Shown here piece by piece: positions 55,380 through 63,275 of a stretch of DNA of 64,000 nucleotides. How positions within the stretch are numbered: the first letter of the stretch is position 1; every line of letters begins with the position of its first letter. The notes beneath the pieces are model-generated. The model was not told where the DNA came from. It saw nothing but the letters and a program-made list of their open reading frames with translations, and did not search any database. This DNA comes from Escherichia coli. Its GTDB lineage: Bacteria > Pseudomonadota > Gammaproteobacteria > Enterobacterales > Enterobacteriaceae. The translations under genes and the position numbers were made by a program. The stretch lies in the NCBI RefSeq assembly GCF_011045215.1, contig NZ_CP049201.1; one strand, written 5' to 3'.

Positions 55380-55913
55380 ATGGCATCACGCGGTATTAAT
55401 AAGGTGATACTGATAGGACATCTTGGACAGGATCCGGAGATTCGTTATCTTCCCAATGGCGGAGCCGTGGCGAACCTGACCCTGGCCACCAGTGAATCCT
55501 GGCGTGATAAACAGAGCGGTGAAATGAAGGAGCAGACCGAGTGGCACCGCGTGGTGATTTTCGGAAAACTGGCGGAGATAGCCGGTGAATACCTGCGTAA
55601 GGGTTCACAGGTGTACATCGAGGGCCAGTTAAAGACCCGGAAGTGGTTCGATCAGCAGAATGGTGTTGATCGCTACGCAACGGAAGTGGTGGTGAGTGTC
55701 AACGGCACCCTGCAGATGCTGGGCTCTCCGCGCCAGCAGGCCAGTGGTGCCGCACCCGTACACAGCGGTCAGGGAACTGCCGGTGCGCCGGCGGGTAACT
55801 CACCGTCACCGGCTTCCGGGAACGGCGGGGGAATGCCGATGGATTTTGACGACGACATTCCCTTCAGTGGACCGGGATATGGCGCTGAACGGCGGATTAT
55901 CCATGCCATGTAA
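55380..55913 (+). CDS. ssb: Single-stranded DNA-binding protein with a 15-aa extension beyond the canonical DDDIPF tip
   Basis: OB fold [44 protein letters not shown], a Gly/Pro/Ala-rich linker, then MDFDDDIPF followed by [15 protein letters not shown]. Confidence 0.9.
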   Translation: MASRGINKVILIGHLGQDPEIRYLPNGGAVANLTLATSESWRDKQSGEMKEQTEWHRVVIFGKLAEIAGEYLRKGSQVYIEGQLKTRKWFDQQNGVDRYATEVVVSVNGTLQMLGSPRQQASGAAPVHSGQGTAGAPAGNSPSPASGNGGGMPMDFDDDIPFSGPGYGAERRIIHAM

Positions 55914-55923
55914 TGTTAACCCC

Positions 55924-55947
55924 GGGGGCATCACTGCCCCCATTTTT
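55924..55947 (+). terminator. Rho-independent terminator after ssb
   Basis: GGGGGCA-tcac-TGCCCCC followed by ATTTTT. Confidence 0.7.
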
Positions 55948-55961
55948 ACCAAGGAGGTATC

Positions 55962-56894
55962 GTGAGTGAAAAAAATCATACCACCCCCACGCCACACGAT
56001 GCGGCGTTCAGGGCGATGATGGAAACCCCTTCGGTTGCAAGGGATTTTCTGGAGGCTGCGTTGCCGCCGGCACAGTTACAGCGGTGCGATATGAACACCC
56101 TGAAGCTGGAGCCGGCCACGTTTGTGGATCCGGATTTGCGTCAGTATGCCAGTGACGTTCTGTGGAGCATGAAAACCACCGACGGGCGTGATGGTTACAT
56201 CTACGCGCTGACGGAACATCAGAGCTCTGCGGATCGTTTTATGGCCCTGCGCATGATGCATTATGTGCTGGCGATAATGTATCGTCACCTGAAAACGCAT
56301 AATCAGGCCCCCGTTGTGATCCCGGTGCTTTTTTATCACGGTGAACCCAGTCCGTATCCGTACAGCCTGAACTGGCTGGACTGTCTGGACGATCCGGCGC
56401 TTGGTCGTGAGCTTTACGGCGAAGGAAAGCCGCCCCGCGTCATTGATGTGGGTCTTCTTGATGATGAGGGTATCCGTCACTATCAGCAGATGGCGGCCCT
56501 GATGCTTCTGATGAAGGTCCGTCAGCGGAAGGGCGATCTGATGACGCAGCTTGACTTTCTGTCACAGTTGCTTCAGATACAGGGAACACACGATCAGGTG
56601 GTGGTTCTGTTAAACTATATGGTGAAGGCGTGCGATTCGGCTTCACCGGAATTTATACGGGTGATGGCAGAACATCTGCCCCGGTATGAGGATGATATTA
56701 TGACTATCGCTGAACGACTTGAACTGGCGGGTATCGAAAAAGGTATCGAAAAAGGCCGTCAGGAAGAGAGAGAAAAGGCGCTTGAGAAGACGCTTGAGGC
56801 TGCCCGTCGGATGCAGAAGATGGGGATGTCGCCTGAGAGTATTCAGGAGATCCTGCAGCTTTCTGATGACGAGCTGCGGAAAGCGCTCGGTTAA
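55962..56894 (+). CDS. Rpn-family recombination-promoting nuclease / putative transposase (YhgA-like, PD-(D/E)XK)
   Basis: 310 aa with a GTG start after SD AGGAGG. The N-terminus TPTPHDAAFRAMMETPSVARDFLEAALP and D..LW..K..DG..YIYALTEHQS are typical Rpn/Transposase_31 motifs. Confidence 0.85.
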   Translation: MSEKNHTTPTPHDAAFRAMMETPSVARDFLEAALPPAQLQRCDMNTLKLEPATFVDPDLRQYASDVLWSMKTTDGRDGYIYALTEHQSSADRFMALRMMHYVLAIMYRHLKTHNQAPVVIPVLFYHGEPSPYPYSLNWLDCLDDPALGRELYGEGKPPRVIDVGLLDDEGIRHYQQMAALMLLMKVRQRKGDLMTQLDFLSQLLQIQGTHDQVVVLLNYMVKACDSASPEFIRVMAEHLPRYEDDIMTIAERLELAGIEKGIEKGRQEEREKALEKTLEAARRMQKMGMSPESIQEILQLSDDELRKALG

Positions 56895-56963
56895 TCCGTT
56901 TCCGTGTTATCACGGGGCGGGGTGTGGCTGATATGAGAGGCCACTTTCCGCATAATCAACATC

Positions 56964-56993
56964 ACGCCAGCTTTTACGCTGGCGTTTTTTTTG
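56964..56993 (+). terminator. Rho-independent terminator after rpn
   Basis: ACGCCAGC-ttttac-GCTGGCGT followed by TTTTTTTT. Confidence 0.75.
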
Positions 56994-57079
56994 TTTACTG
57001 ATAATGAGTTGTTCGTTGAGCCTGCCGGCGCTTCTTTGCACAGTGACCGCTGTTTTATCACTGCAGAGGAGTTATCCGG

Positions 57080-57682
57080 ATGAAGATGCAACCCGGGATC
57101 TTATTTTCCCTGGTTACCCTGGCCCTGCTGGCCGGGTGTAACAGCCCACAAAAACTTCAGCAACGTGCGCCGGCCACGCCGGTACCTTCCGTCAGCGTTT
57201 CCCGCAATGTACAGCCGGTGTCACAGGATATTTATGCGCAGCCGGCACCGGAGGTGGTGCGTTACGACCGTTACCTGCTGGTCAGCACGGCACCGCAGGC
57301 CGCGCAGCGTGACCCGCTTTCCCAGGTGATTGATATCCGTATTCCGGCGTCGTTAAAGCCCACCGTGGCTGATGCCATGCGTTATGCCCTGAAACAGTCC
57401 GGTTACACGCTGTGTGTCACCGGGCCGGCCAATGGTGTGTTGTACCGCCAGCCCCTGCCCGCCGTGCAGTATCAGCAGGGACCGGTGCGACTGCGTACGG
57501 CCCTGCAGGTGATGGCGGGACCGGCCTGGCAACTGGAGGTGGATGACGTTCAGCGTGTGGTCTGCCACAGCCTGCGGGCGGGGTATCAGTTACCGGCAGG
57601 CCAGCTGGCACCCGTGTCGGTTTCCCCGGTAATCACGGCCCCGGTGGTGCAACCGGTTAAGGGAGGCTTCCTGAAAAAATGA
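57080..57682 (+). CDS. pilL: PilL-type conjugative-transfer-region lipoprotein (PFGI-1 class)
   Basis: Lipobox LALLAGC, with VVRYDRYLLVSTAPQAAQRDPLSQVIDIRIP..VADAMRYALKQSGYTL resembling the PilL N-domain. Confidence 0.7.
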   Translation: MKMQPGILFSLVTLALLAGCNSPQKLQQRAPATPVPSVSVSRNVQPVSQDIYAQPAPEVVRYDRYLLVSTAPQAAQRDPLSQVIDIRIPASLKPTVADAMRYALKQSGYTLCVTGPANGVLYRQPLPAVQYQQGPVRLRTALQVMAGPAWQLEVDDVQRVVCHSLRAGYQLPAGQLAPVSVSPVITAPVVQPVKGGFLKK

Positions 57683-58452
57683 GCAAACAACAGGAGATGA
57701 TGACACCTGTTCCGGCAGATAACCCCACAACACGCCGGTGTTCACTTCTGCGGGGTGTGGCAGTCGGCTCCCTGATCCTGCTGGTTATGGTGGCGGGCAT
57801 GGCGCTGTATCTGACAGGGCGCGGCATGCTGGCGATGGATACCCGCCTGGCAACACTGGAACAACAGCAGGGGGAGCGTCTGACACCGGCGGCGCTGGCC
57901 CCGTTACAGTCACGACTGAGTGAACTGGAGACGAAGCTGCAGACGGAGAGTGCGCGTCTGGCGCAGCTGGCCCGGCAGCCCGTTCTGACGGAGGTTCAGC
58001 AGACGCAGCTTAATGGACTGCCGGCGTCCCTTGAGCAGATTCAGGCGGCACAGAAGGCCCTTTTCCTGCGGCTGGACACACTGGCGGCACTGGCAGAGAA
58101 GTCACAGTCCCGGGCGGTTCAGTCCGAATCCCCCTCTGCTTCCGGTACTGAGAAAAAGGACGTATCCGGAACGAAAGAACCCTCTCCGGTGGTACAGAAA
58201 ATCGCCCGCCCTGCAACGGCACGCTCAGGTACGTCACACACCTCCCGTTACGCACCGTTTGTGCTGACCGGCACCGAGCGCCGGGGGGCGCTGTCATATG
58301 CGGCGGTGGCACCCCGGGGATATACCAGCCTGTCGCAGGTGGCACTGCTCGGGGAAGGTGAGAGTGTGGCCGGCTGGACACTGATTCATGCCGGTCACGA
58401 ACAGGCGACGTTCCGGGTGAACGGACGTCCGGTACAGGTCAGGGTGGAGTGA
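57679..58452 (+). CDS. ICE transfer-region membrane protein (single TM, coiled coil)
   Basis: 257 aa with an ATGA overlap with pilL. It has an N-terminal TM segment LLRGVAVGSLILLVMVAGMALYL. Confidence 0.55.
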   Translation: MSKQQEMMTPVPADNPTTRRCSLLRGVAVGSLILLVMVAGMALYLTGRGMLAMDTRLATLEQQQGERLTPAALAPLQSRLSELETKLQTESARLAQLARQPVLTEVQQTQLNGLPASLEQIQAAQKALFLRLDTLAALAEKSQSRAVQSESPSASGTEKKDVSGTKEPSPVVQKIARPATARSGTSHTSRYAPFVLTGTERRGALSYAAVAPRGYTSLSQVALLGEGESVAGWTLIHAGHEQATFRVNGRPVQVRVE

Positions 58453-58458
58453 GTGAAG

Positions 58459-59178
58459 ATGAGACTGAAATCCCTGTTACTGGTGATGCTGATACCTGCA
58501 CTGGCGCAGGCTGCAGACCAGAACACGACCGGGACGGACGCGTCCCGCACGGATACGTCACAGCATACGCAGAGCACCACGCAGTCGCTGCAACAGCAGG
58601 CTGGCCGGTGGGGACTGAGTGAGGAGGACTGGGGGCGTTATCAGGAACTGATGGCGGGACCCCGCGGGATACAGTCGCCGGGTCTGGACCCGCTGACAGC
58701 ACTGGGTATTGAGGCCCGTACACCGGCTGAACGCCGTGCATATGCCGAAAAGTGGGTGAAGGAAGAGTATGCCCGTACGGAGAAGGAGCTGGCTTTTCAG
58801 CGGGAGGTTGATGCGGCATGGCAGCGTCTTTATCCCGGAAAGCTGCCGGTCAGTATGGGCAATACCGGTATTCTGACCGGGGACACCGGAGGCAGACTGG
58901 CGCTGTTTGTGAAGGCGAAGGACTGTGCGTCCTGTGATATCCGCCTGAGTAAGGTGCTGGCATCCGGTAAGCCGGTGGATATTTATCTGGTGGACAGTCA
59001 GGGGAAAGACGGAGTGCTTCGTCAGTGGGCACGTGAGCACAACATCCCACCAGAGAAGGTCCGCAGCCGGCATATCACCCTGAACCATGATGCGGGGCGC
59101 TGGCTGCGTTTTGGTGAGGGACAGATGCCGGTGGTACTGCAGCAGGGGGCAGACGGATGGCGCGTGGCTGCATTCTGA
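58459..59178 (+). CDS. Periplasmic ICE protein with a thioredoxin-like CxxC (PFL_4693-family-like)
   Basis: Signal peptide MRLKSLLLVMLIPALAQA and the CASC motif (KAKDCASCD). The ORF track start is GTG at 58453. Confidence 0.55.
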   Translation: MRLKSLLLVMLIPALAQAADQNTTGTDASRTDTSQHTQSTTQSLQQQAGRWGLSEEDWGRYQELMAGPRGIQSPGLDPLTALGIEARTPAERRAYAEKWVKEEYARTEKELAFQREVDAAWQRLYPGKLPVSMGNTGILTGDTGGRLALFVKAKDCASCDIRLSKVLASGKPVDIYLVDSQGKDGVLRQWAREHNIPPEKVRSRHITLNHDAGRWLRFGEGQMPVVLQQGADGWRVAAF

Positions 59179-59819
59179 GTCTTCTGCTGATGACGGGCAT
59201 GTGTCAGGCCGTTGCGCAGACCATTCCGGACGGCTATGTGCAGGTGGCCCGTGCACATGGGATTCCGGCAGAAGTGCTGTATGCCGTCTCCCTGACAGAG
59301 ACCGCCATGGCACCCGGGGATGTGGCCGGCGTCATGCAGTATTCCCGCCGCGACGGGCGTCTGCCGGATGTCTCCCGCCCCTGGCCCTGGACACTCAATG
59401 TGGCCGGGAAGGGGTACCGTTATGCCAGCCGTCTGGAGGCCTGGCAGGCACTGCAGGTGTTTCTGAAACGTTATCCGGCCAGACGCATTGATGTCGGGAT
59501 AGCGCAGGTCAATCTGGGGTGGAATGGTCATCGCTTCCCGTCAACATGGGCGGCCTTTGACCCGTACATCAGTCTTGAGACGGCGGCGGTCATTCTGCAG
59601 GAGTGCCGTCAGCGCCATCCCGACAGCTGGCTGAAGACAGCCGGTTGTTATCACCATCCTGCCGGTGGAAAGCCGGCCGCCCGTTACACCGCTGTGGTCA
59701 GACGTCATCTGGACCGGCTGTATGTCCGGTCAGCAACAACAGGTATGACGTCACGGCAGACAGCCATGCTGGCACCGGCTGCGGATTATATCTGGACAGA
59801 GCCCCGGAGGCGCGAATGA
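59157..59819 (+). CDS. Lytic transglycosylase (SLT domain) of the transfer apparatus
   Basis: It has a signal peptide and the motifs AVSLTET (catalytic Glu region), PWPWTLNV and DVGIAQVN. Confidence 0.75.
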   Translation: MARGCILSLLLMTGMCQAVAQTIPDGYVQVARAHGIPAEVLYAVSLTETAMAPGDVAGVMQYSRRDGRLPDVSRPWPWTLNVAGKGYRYASRLEAWQALQVFLKRYPARRIDVGIAQVNLGWNGHRFPSTWAAFDPYISLETAAVILQECRQRHPDSWLKTAGCYHHPAGGKPAARYTAVVRRHLDRLYVRSATTGMTSRQTAMLAPAADYIWTEPRRRE

Positions 59820-60343
59820 ACAGACTGAAACGGATTATCCCTTTTACTTTTCCTGTATGGCTTCTGTTTTCAGCGAACGTCAGTGCTGAACTGACGGTGA
59901 TTGCTGACCTGGGCGGCAGGGATGCTGCTCCTTTTTTTGAGGGTATCAACCGGCAGGCACCGGCTTCTGCTCCGGTTGTTTCACCACCGCCTCTTCTGCA
60001 GGGGGAAGCCGCGATGCTGCCGGTCAGCACACCTGAAATGTCACCCGGCGAGGTGACACCACGCCCGCTTCAGCTACCGGGCATCGGTGCACTTTTCCTT
60101 GTGGGGGATGATGCGTATTCCCGCGAGTGGCTGCAGAAAAATGCTGCTGCGCTCCGGGCGCGCCATGCCGTCGGGATGGTGGTGAATGTGGCTGATGAAA
60201 ACGGCCTGCGCACGCTGCGTGAACTGGCCCCCGGCGTGGCGATGGCACCGGCATCCGGTTCTGCGCTGGCCCGCCGGTTACAGCTGAAGTCTTACCCGGT
60301 ACTGATAACGGACAACGGGCTGTCACAGGAGGTGGTGCCATGA
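59816..60343 (+). CDS. ICE protein (PFL_4695-family-like), secreted
   Basis: The ATG at 59816 forms an ATGA overlap with the upstream gene. Signal peptide MNRLKRIIPFTFPVWLLFSANVSA. Confidence 0.55.
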   Translation: MNRLKRIIPFTFPVWLLFSANVSAELTVIADLGGRDAAPFFEGINRQAPASAPVVSPPPLLQGEAAMLPVSTPEMSPGEVTPRPLQLPGIGALFLVGDDAYSREWLQKNAAALRARHAVGMVVNVADENGLRTLRELAPGVAMAPASGSALARRLQLKSYPVLITDNGLSQEVVP

Positions 60344-60945
60344 TGCCGGCACCAGTGATAACCGCAGCCCTGCTGGTCAGCCCGGTGCTGATGGCCTGTC
60401 TGATGCTCTGCCTGCTGACCGTGTTGCTGATGCTCATTCTGCGGGAATGTCGACGGAAACGGGGAGGTGTCCGGAACCGTCGCCATCAGCGTTACCGTGC
60501 CACCGCCGCCCGGGTACTGGGCAGACTGAAGACGCTGCCGGGGGATGCGCATCGTCTGAAGTATCTGCGCAAAATCAACCCGTATGTCTTCGAAGAATTG
60601 CTGTTACTGGCCCTGAAGCAGCAGGGGATGACGGTTATCCACAATCCCTGCTACAGCGGTGATGGTGGTCTGGACGGACAGGTGATGATTAACGGTGAGC
60701 GCTGGCTGATACAGGCAAAGCGCTACGGACGGACCATCCGCCCGGCACATATTGATGCCTTCGGGGAACTGCTGCGCCGGGAGGGCTGCCGGGGGTTTTT
60801 TATTCATACCGGCCGTACGGGGCCGGCCAGCCGGGCCAGGCTGACACTGTGGCCGGATATCGAACTGGTCAGCGGGCAGCGTCTGCTGAAACTGCTGAAC
60901 GGAACATTACTGACAGATGAACTTACCAGAGGGGAGCGGAGATGA
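60340..60945 (+). CDS. Membrane-anchored restriction-endonuclease-like (Mrr_cat) protein
   Basis: N-terminal TM segment (VITAALLVSPVLMACLMLCLLTVLLMLIL), then FEELLLLALKQQG..GDGGLDGQV..LIQAKRY, a D-(x)n-QxK PD-(D/E)XK core. Confidence 0.65.
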   Translation: MMPAPVITAALLVSPVLMACLMLCLLTVLLMLILRECRRKRGGVRNRRHQRYRATAARVLGRLKTLPGDAHRLKYLRKINPYVFEELLLLALKQQGMTVIHNPCYSGDGGLDGQVMINGERWLIQAKRYGRTIRPAHIDAFGELLRREGCRGFFIHTGRTGPASRARLTLWPDIELVSGQRLLKLLNGTLLTDELTRGERR

Positions 60946-61454
60946 TGACGGTAAAACGGATGTTTATGCTTTTATTCAGAGTGGTGATTGTCTGGCCGGC
61001 CATGCTGACGGGATGCCTGATGATGCTGTATTTCGCAGAGGTTGCCAGCGGTGGTGTGACAGGGCTGGCGCAGCGTTATGAGGCGGAGTCTGCCCGCTGG
61101 CGTGATGCGCCGGAAGGGGCGGTGATGATGCTCCGGTGTCCGTCGCGTCCCTTTGTGGTGCCGGTAACAACCGGGGAGTGGCGTGCACTGTCCGCCACTG
61201 ATGCAGAATGCCTCCGGGCACCGCGCTCTTTCAGGCAGGCTGCGGAGGCAGATTTTCAGTCACTGCACATACTGGCGCTGACACTGCTGCTGGCATCCGT
61301 GGTTCTGGAAGGCATTTCGGCCGGCATGTTGCGCCGGAAAACCGCATCCGTACCGGTATCACCACACTGTGGATGTGGCCGGGGCCGTGGTGCGGTTGCA
61401 CACTGGCCTGAGCGTGACAGTGATGCGACATCACAGAAGGGAGGCCCGGTATGA
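60942..61454 (+). CDS. Hypothetical membrane protein
   Basis: 170 aa with an ATGA overlap with the upstream gene and two hydrophobic segments. Confidence 0.5.
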   Translation: MMTVKRMFMLLFRVVIVWPAMLTGCLMMLYFAEVASGGVTGLAQRYEAESARWRDAPEGAVMMLRCPSRPFVVPVTTGEWRALSATDAECLRAPRSFRQAAEADFQSLHILALTLLLASVVLEGISAGMLRRKTASVPVSPHCGCGRGRGAVAHWPERDSDATSQKGGPV

Positions 61455-61496
61455 CCGTTTCACTGCTGGCCCGTGTGCAGGCAAATGTTCCTTGCA

Positions 61497-61615
61497 AAAT
61501 GGCATCTGAATCGATCGCAGTTTGGCATTCGAATCGATCATGATTTGGCATCCATCTCCGATCACAGTTTGGCATCACAATCGATCACGATTTGGCATAC
61601 TTCCGATCATTGATT
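61497..61615 (+). repeat. Five ~23-bp phased subterminal repeats of the IS21-family left end
   Basis: TGGCAT occurs at 61500, 61523, 61546, 61570 and 61593, each followed 7-10 nt later by (C)GATC. Multiple terminal repeats are a hallmark of IS21-family ends. Confidence 0.7.
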
Positions 61616-61693
61616 GGAATTCGCCAGTCACTCCGGGAATTAACTCTTTTCACCACAGTCTCCATTGCCGTGTTTAAACCAGTGGAGACGTCA

Positions 61694-63259
61694 ATGTCCA
61701 AAAAGAGAAAATCCAGGAGCACTATGGAAACTTGTTTTAAGATCCTTCAGCTCAAGTTCGATAAGAAGCTGACTAACCGTTGTATCGGACTGACGTTACA
61801 CATCAGCGCCTCAACCGTTTTTGAGGTTCTTGCCCGCTTCAAAGCCTCTTCTCTGTCATGGCCATTACCTGCTGATATATCCCATGACACGCTGGAGAAA
61901 CTCATTTTCCCGCCCAAAGACACCTCTGCGTCAGAGCTTGTTATGCCTGACATGCTGTACTTCGATACGGAAATGAGAAAACCTGGCGTGACGCGCCAAC
62001 TGTTGTGGATGGAATACAAGGCACAGGCGGGTGACAAAGCGATGGGATACTCACACTTCTGCCGTTGCTACCGGAAGTGGAAAAAAACGCGACGCCTCTC
62101 CATGCGACAGGAGCATCGTGCTGGCGAAAAGCTCTTTATCGACTTCTGTGGTCCTACGGTCCCTGTTATTAATCCGGACACCGGAGAGATACGCCGCGTG
62201 GCAATCTTCGTGGCTGTAATGGGGGCGTCCAACTATACCTATGTTGAAGCGTGCGAAGGTCAGGACATGATGTCATGGTTAAATGCCCACAGCCGTTGCC
62301 TGACCTTCCTGGGCGGCGTACCGAAGCTGCTCATCCCCGATAACCTCAGAAGCGCAGTGAAAAAAGCCGATCGCTATGAGCCTGTCATCAACGACAGTTA
62401 TCAGGCGCTGGCTGAGCACTATGGCACGGTTATTATCCCGGCCCGCCCGCGCAAACCTAAAGATAAACCAAAAGCAGAAAACGGCGTCCTCATCGTCGAG
62501 CGATGGCTTCTTGCCCGCATCCGTAATGAAACCTTCCACACGCTCAGGGCGCTGAATGCACGCCTTCGGGAGTTGCTGACGGACATGAATAACCGACCAA
62601 TGAAGGGATACGGTAATCAAACCCGCGCAGAACGCTTCCGCATGCTGGATGCACCAGCACTCTCTCCGCTGCCTCTGGAGCCTTATGAATACACGGAATA
62701 CAAAGCCGTGAAGGTTGGCCCTGACTACCACGTTGAATATGCCCGTCACTGGTACTCCGTTCCACACGAACTGGTCGGTCAGCGTCTGTCACTGAAGGTG
62801 GGGCAGTCGGTGGTACAGCTCTGGCACAAGGGGCAGTGTGTGGCGCAACATCCGCGCAGCACACATGAATATAAACACACAACCAATCCGCTTCACATGC
62901 CAGAACGCCACCGGCGGCATGGGACATGGACACCGGAACGCCTTATCGAGCAGGGAAACCGTACAGGTCCGTCCACAGGCCGGGTGGTTGAATCCATGCT
63001 GAAAGCCAAACCCCATCCGGAGCTGGCTTACCGTGCAGTCCTGGGTCTGCTGGCACTTCAGAAAAAATACGGCCCGGAACGGCTGGAAAAGGCCTGTTAC
63101 GTTGCCCTGCACTATAACGCCCCGGACAGACGCTTTATCGACAATCTGCTGCGTCATCATCGGGATAACGTTGAGCTTCCGTTATCCCGCCAGGGCGAAC
63201 AACATCCGGCATATGCTTCAGAGCATGAAAACCTGCGTGGTCCTGGCTACTACCACTGA
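61694..63259 (+). CDS. istA: IS21-family transposase IstA
   Basis: The start is placed at the ATG at 61694 (SD GGAG). It has an N-terminal HTH and DDE residues in FIDFCGP, LIPDNLRSAV and KPKAENGV. Confidence 0.9.
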   Translation: MSKKRKSRSTMETCFKILQLKFDKKLTNRCIGLTLHISASTVFEVLARFKASSLSWPLPADISHDTLEKLIFPPKDTSASELVMPDMLYFDTEMRKPGVTRQLLWMEYKAQAGDKAMGYSHFCRCYRKWKKTRRLSMRQEHRAGEKLFIDFCGPTVPVINPDTGEIRRVAIFVAVMGASNYTYVEACEGQDMMSWLNAHSRCLTFLGGVPKLLIPDNLRSAVKKADRYEPVINDSYQALAEHYGTVIIPARPRKPKDKPKAENGVLIVERWLLARIRNETFHTLRALNARLRELLTDMNNRPMKGYGNQTRAERFRMLDAPALSPLPLEPYEYTEYKAVKVGPDYHVEYARHWYSVPHELVGQRLSLKVGQSVVQLWHKGQCVAQHPRSTHEYKHTTNPLHMPERHRRHGTWTPERLIEQGNRTGPSTGRVVESMLKAKPHPELAYRAVLGLLALQKKYGPERLEKACYVALHYNAPDRRFIDNLLRHHRDNVELPLSRQGEQHPAYASEHENLRGPGYYH

Positions 63260-63275
63260 CAGAAGGAACAACCGT

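Noticed and set aside
58558-59531. Minus-strand ORFs 58558..59313 (251 aa) and 59022..59531 (169 aa)
   Set aside because: They are antisense to the translationally coupled transfer genes, which have signal peptides and SLT motifs. Spurious long frames are expected in GC-rich DNA.
61592-61693. TTG start at 61592 for istA (555-aa version)
   Set aside because: It lies inside the fifth subterminal IS repeat. The ATG at 61694 has an SD (GGAG) and gives an N-terminus that leads straight into the HTH region.
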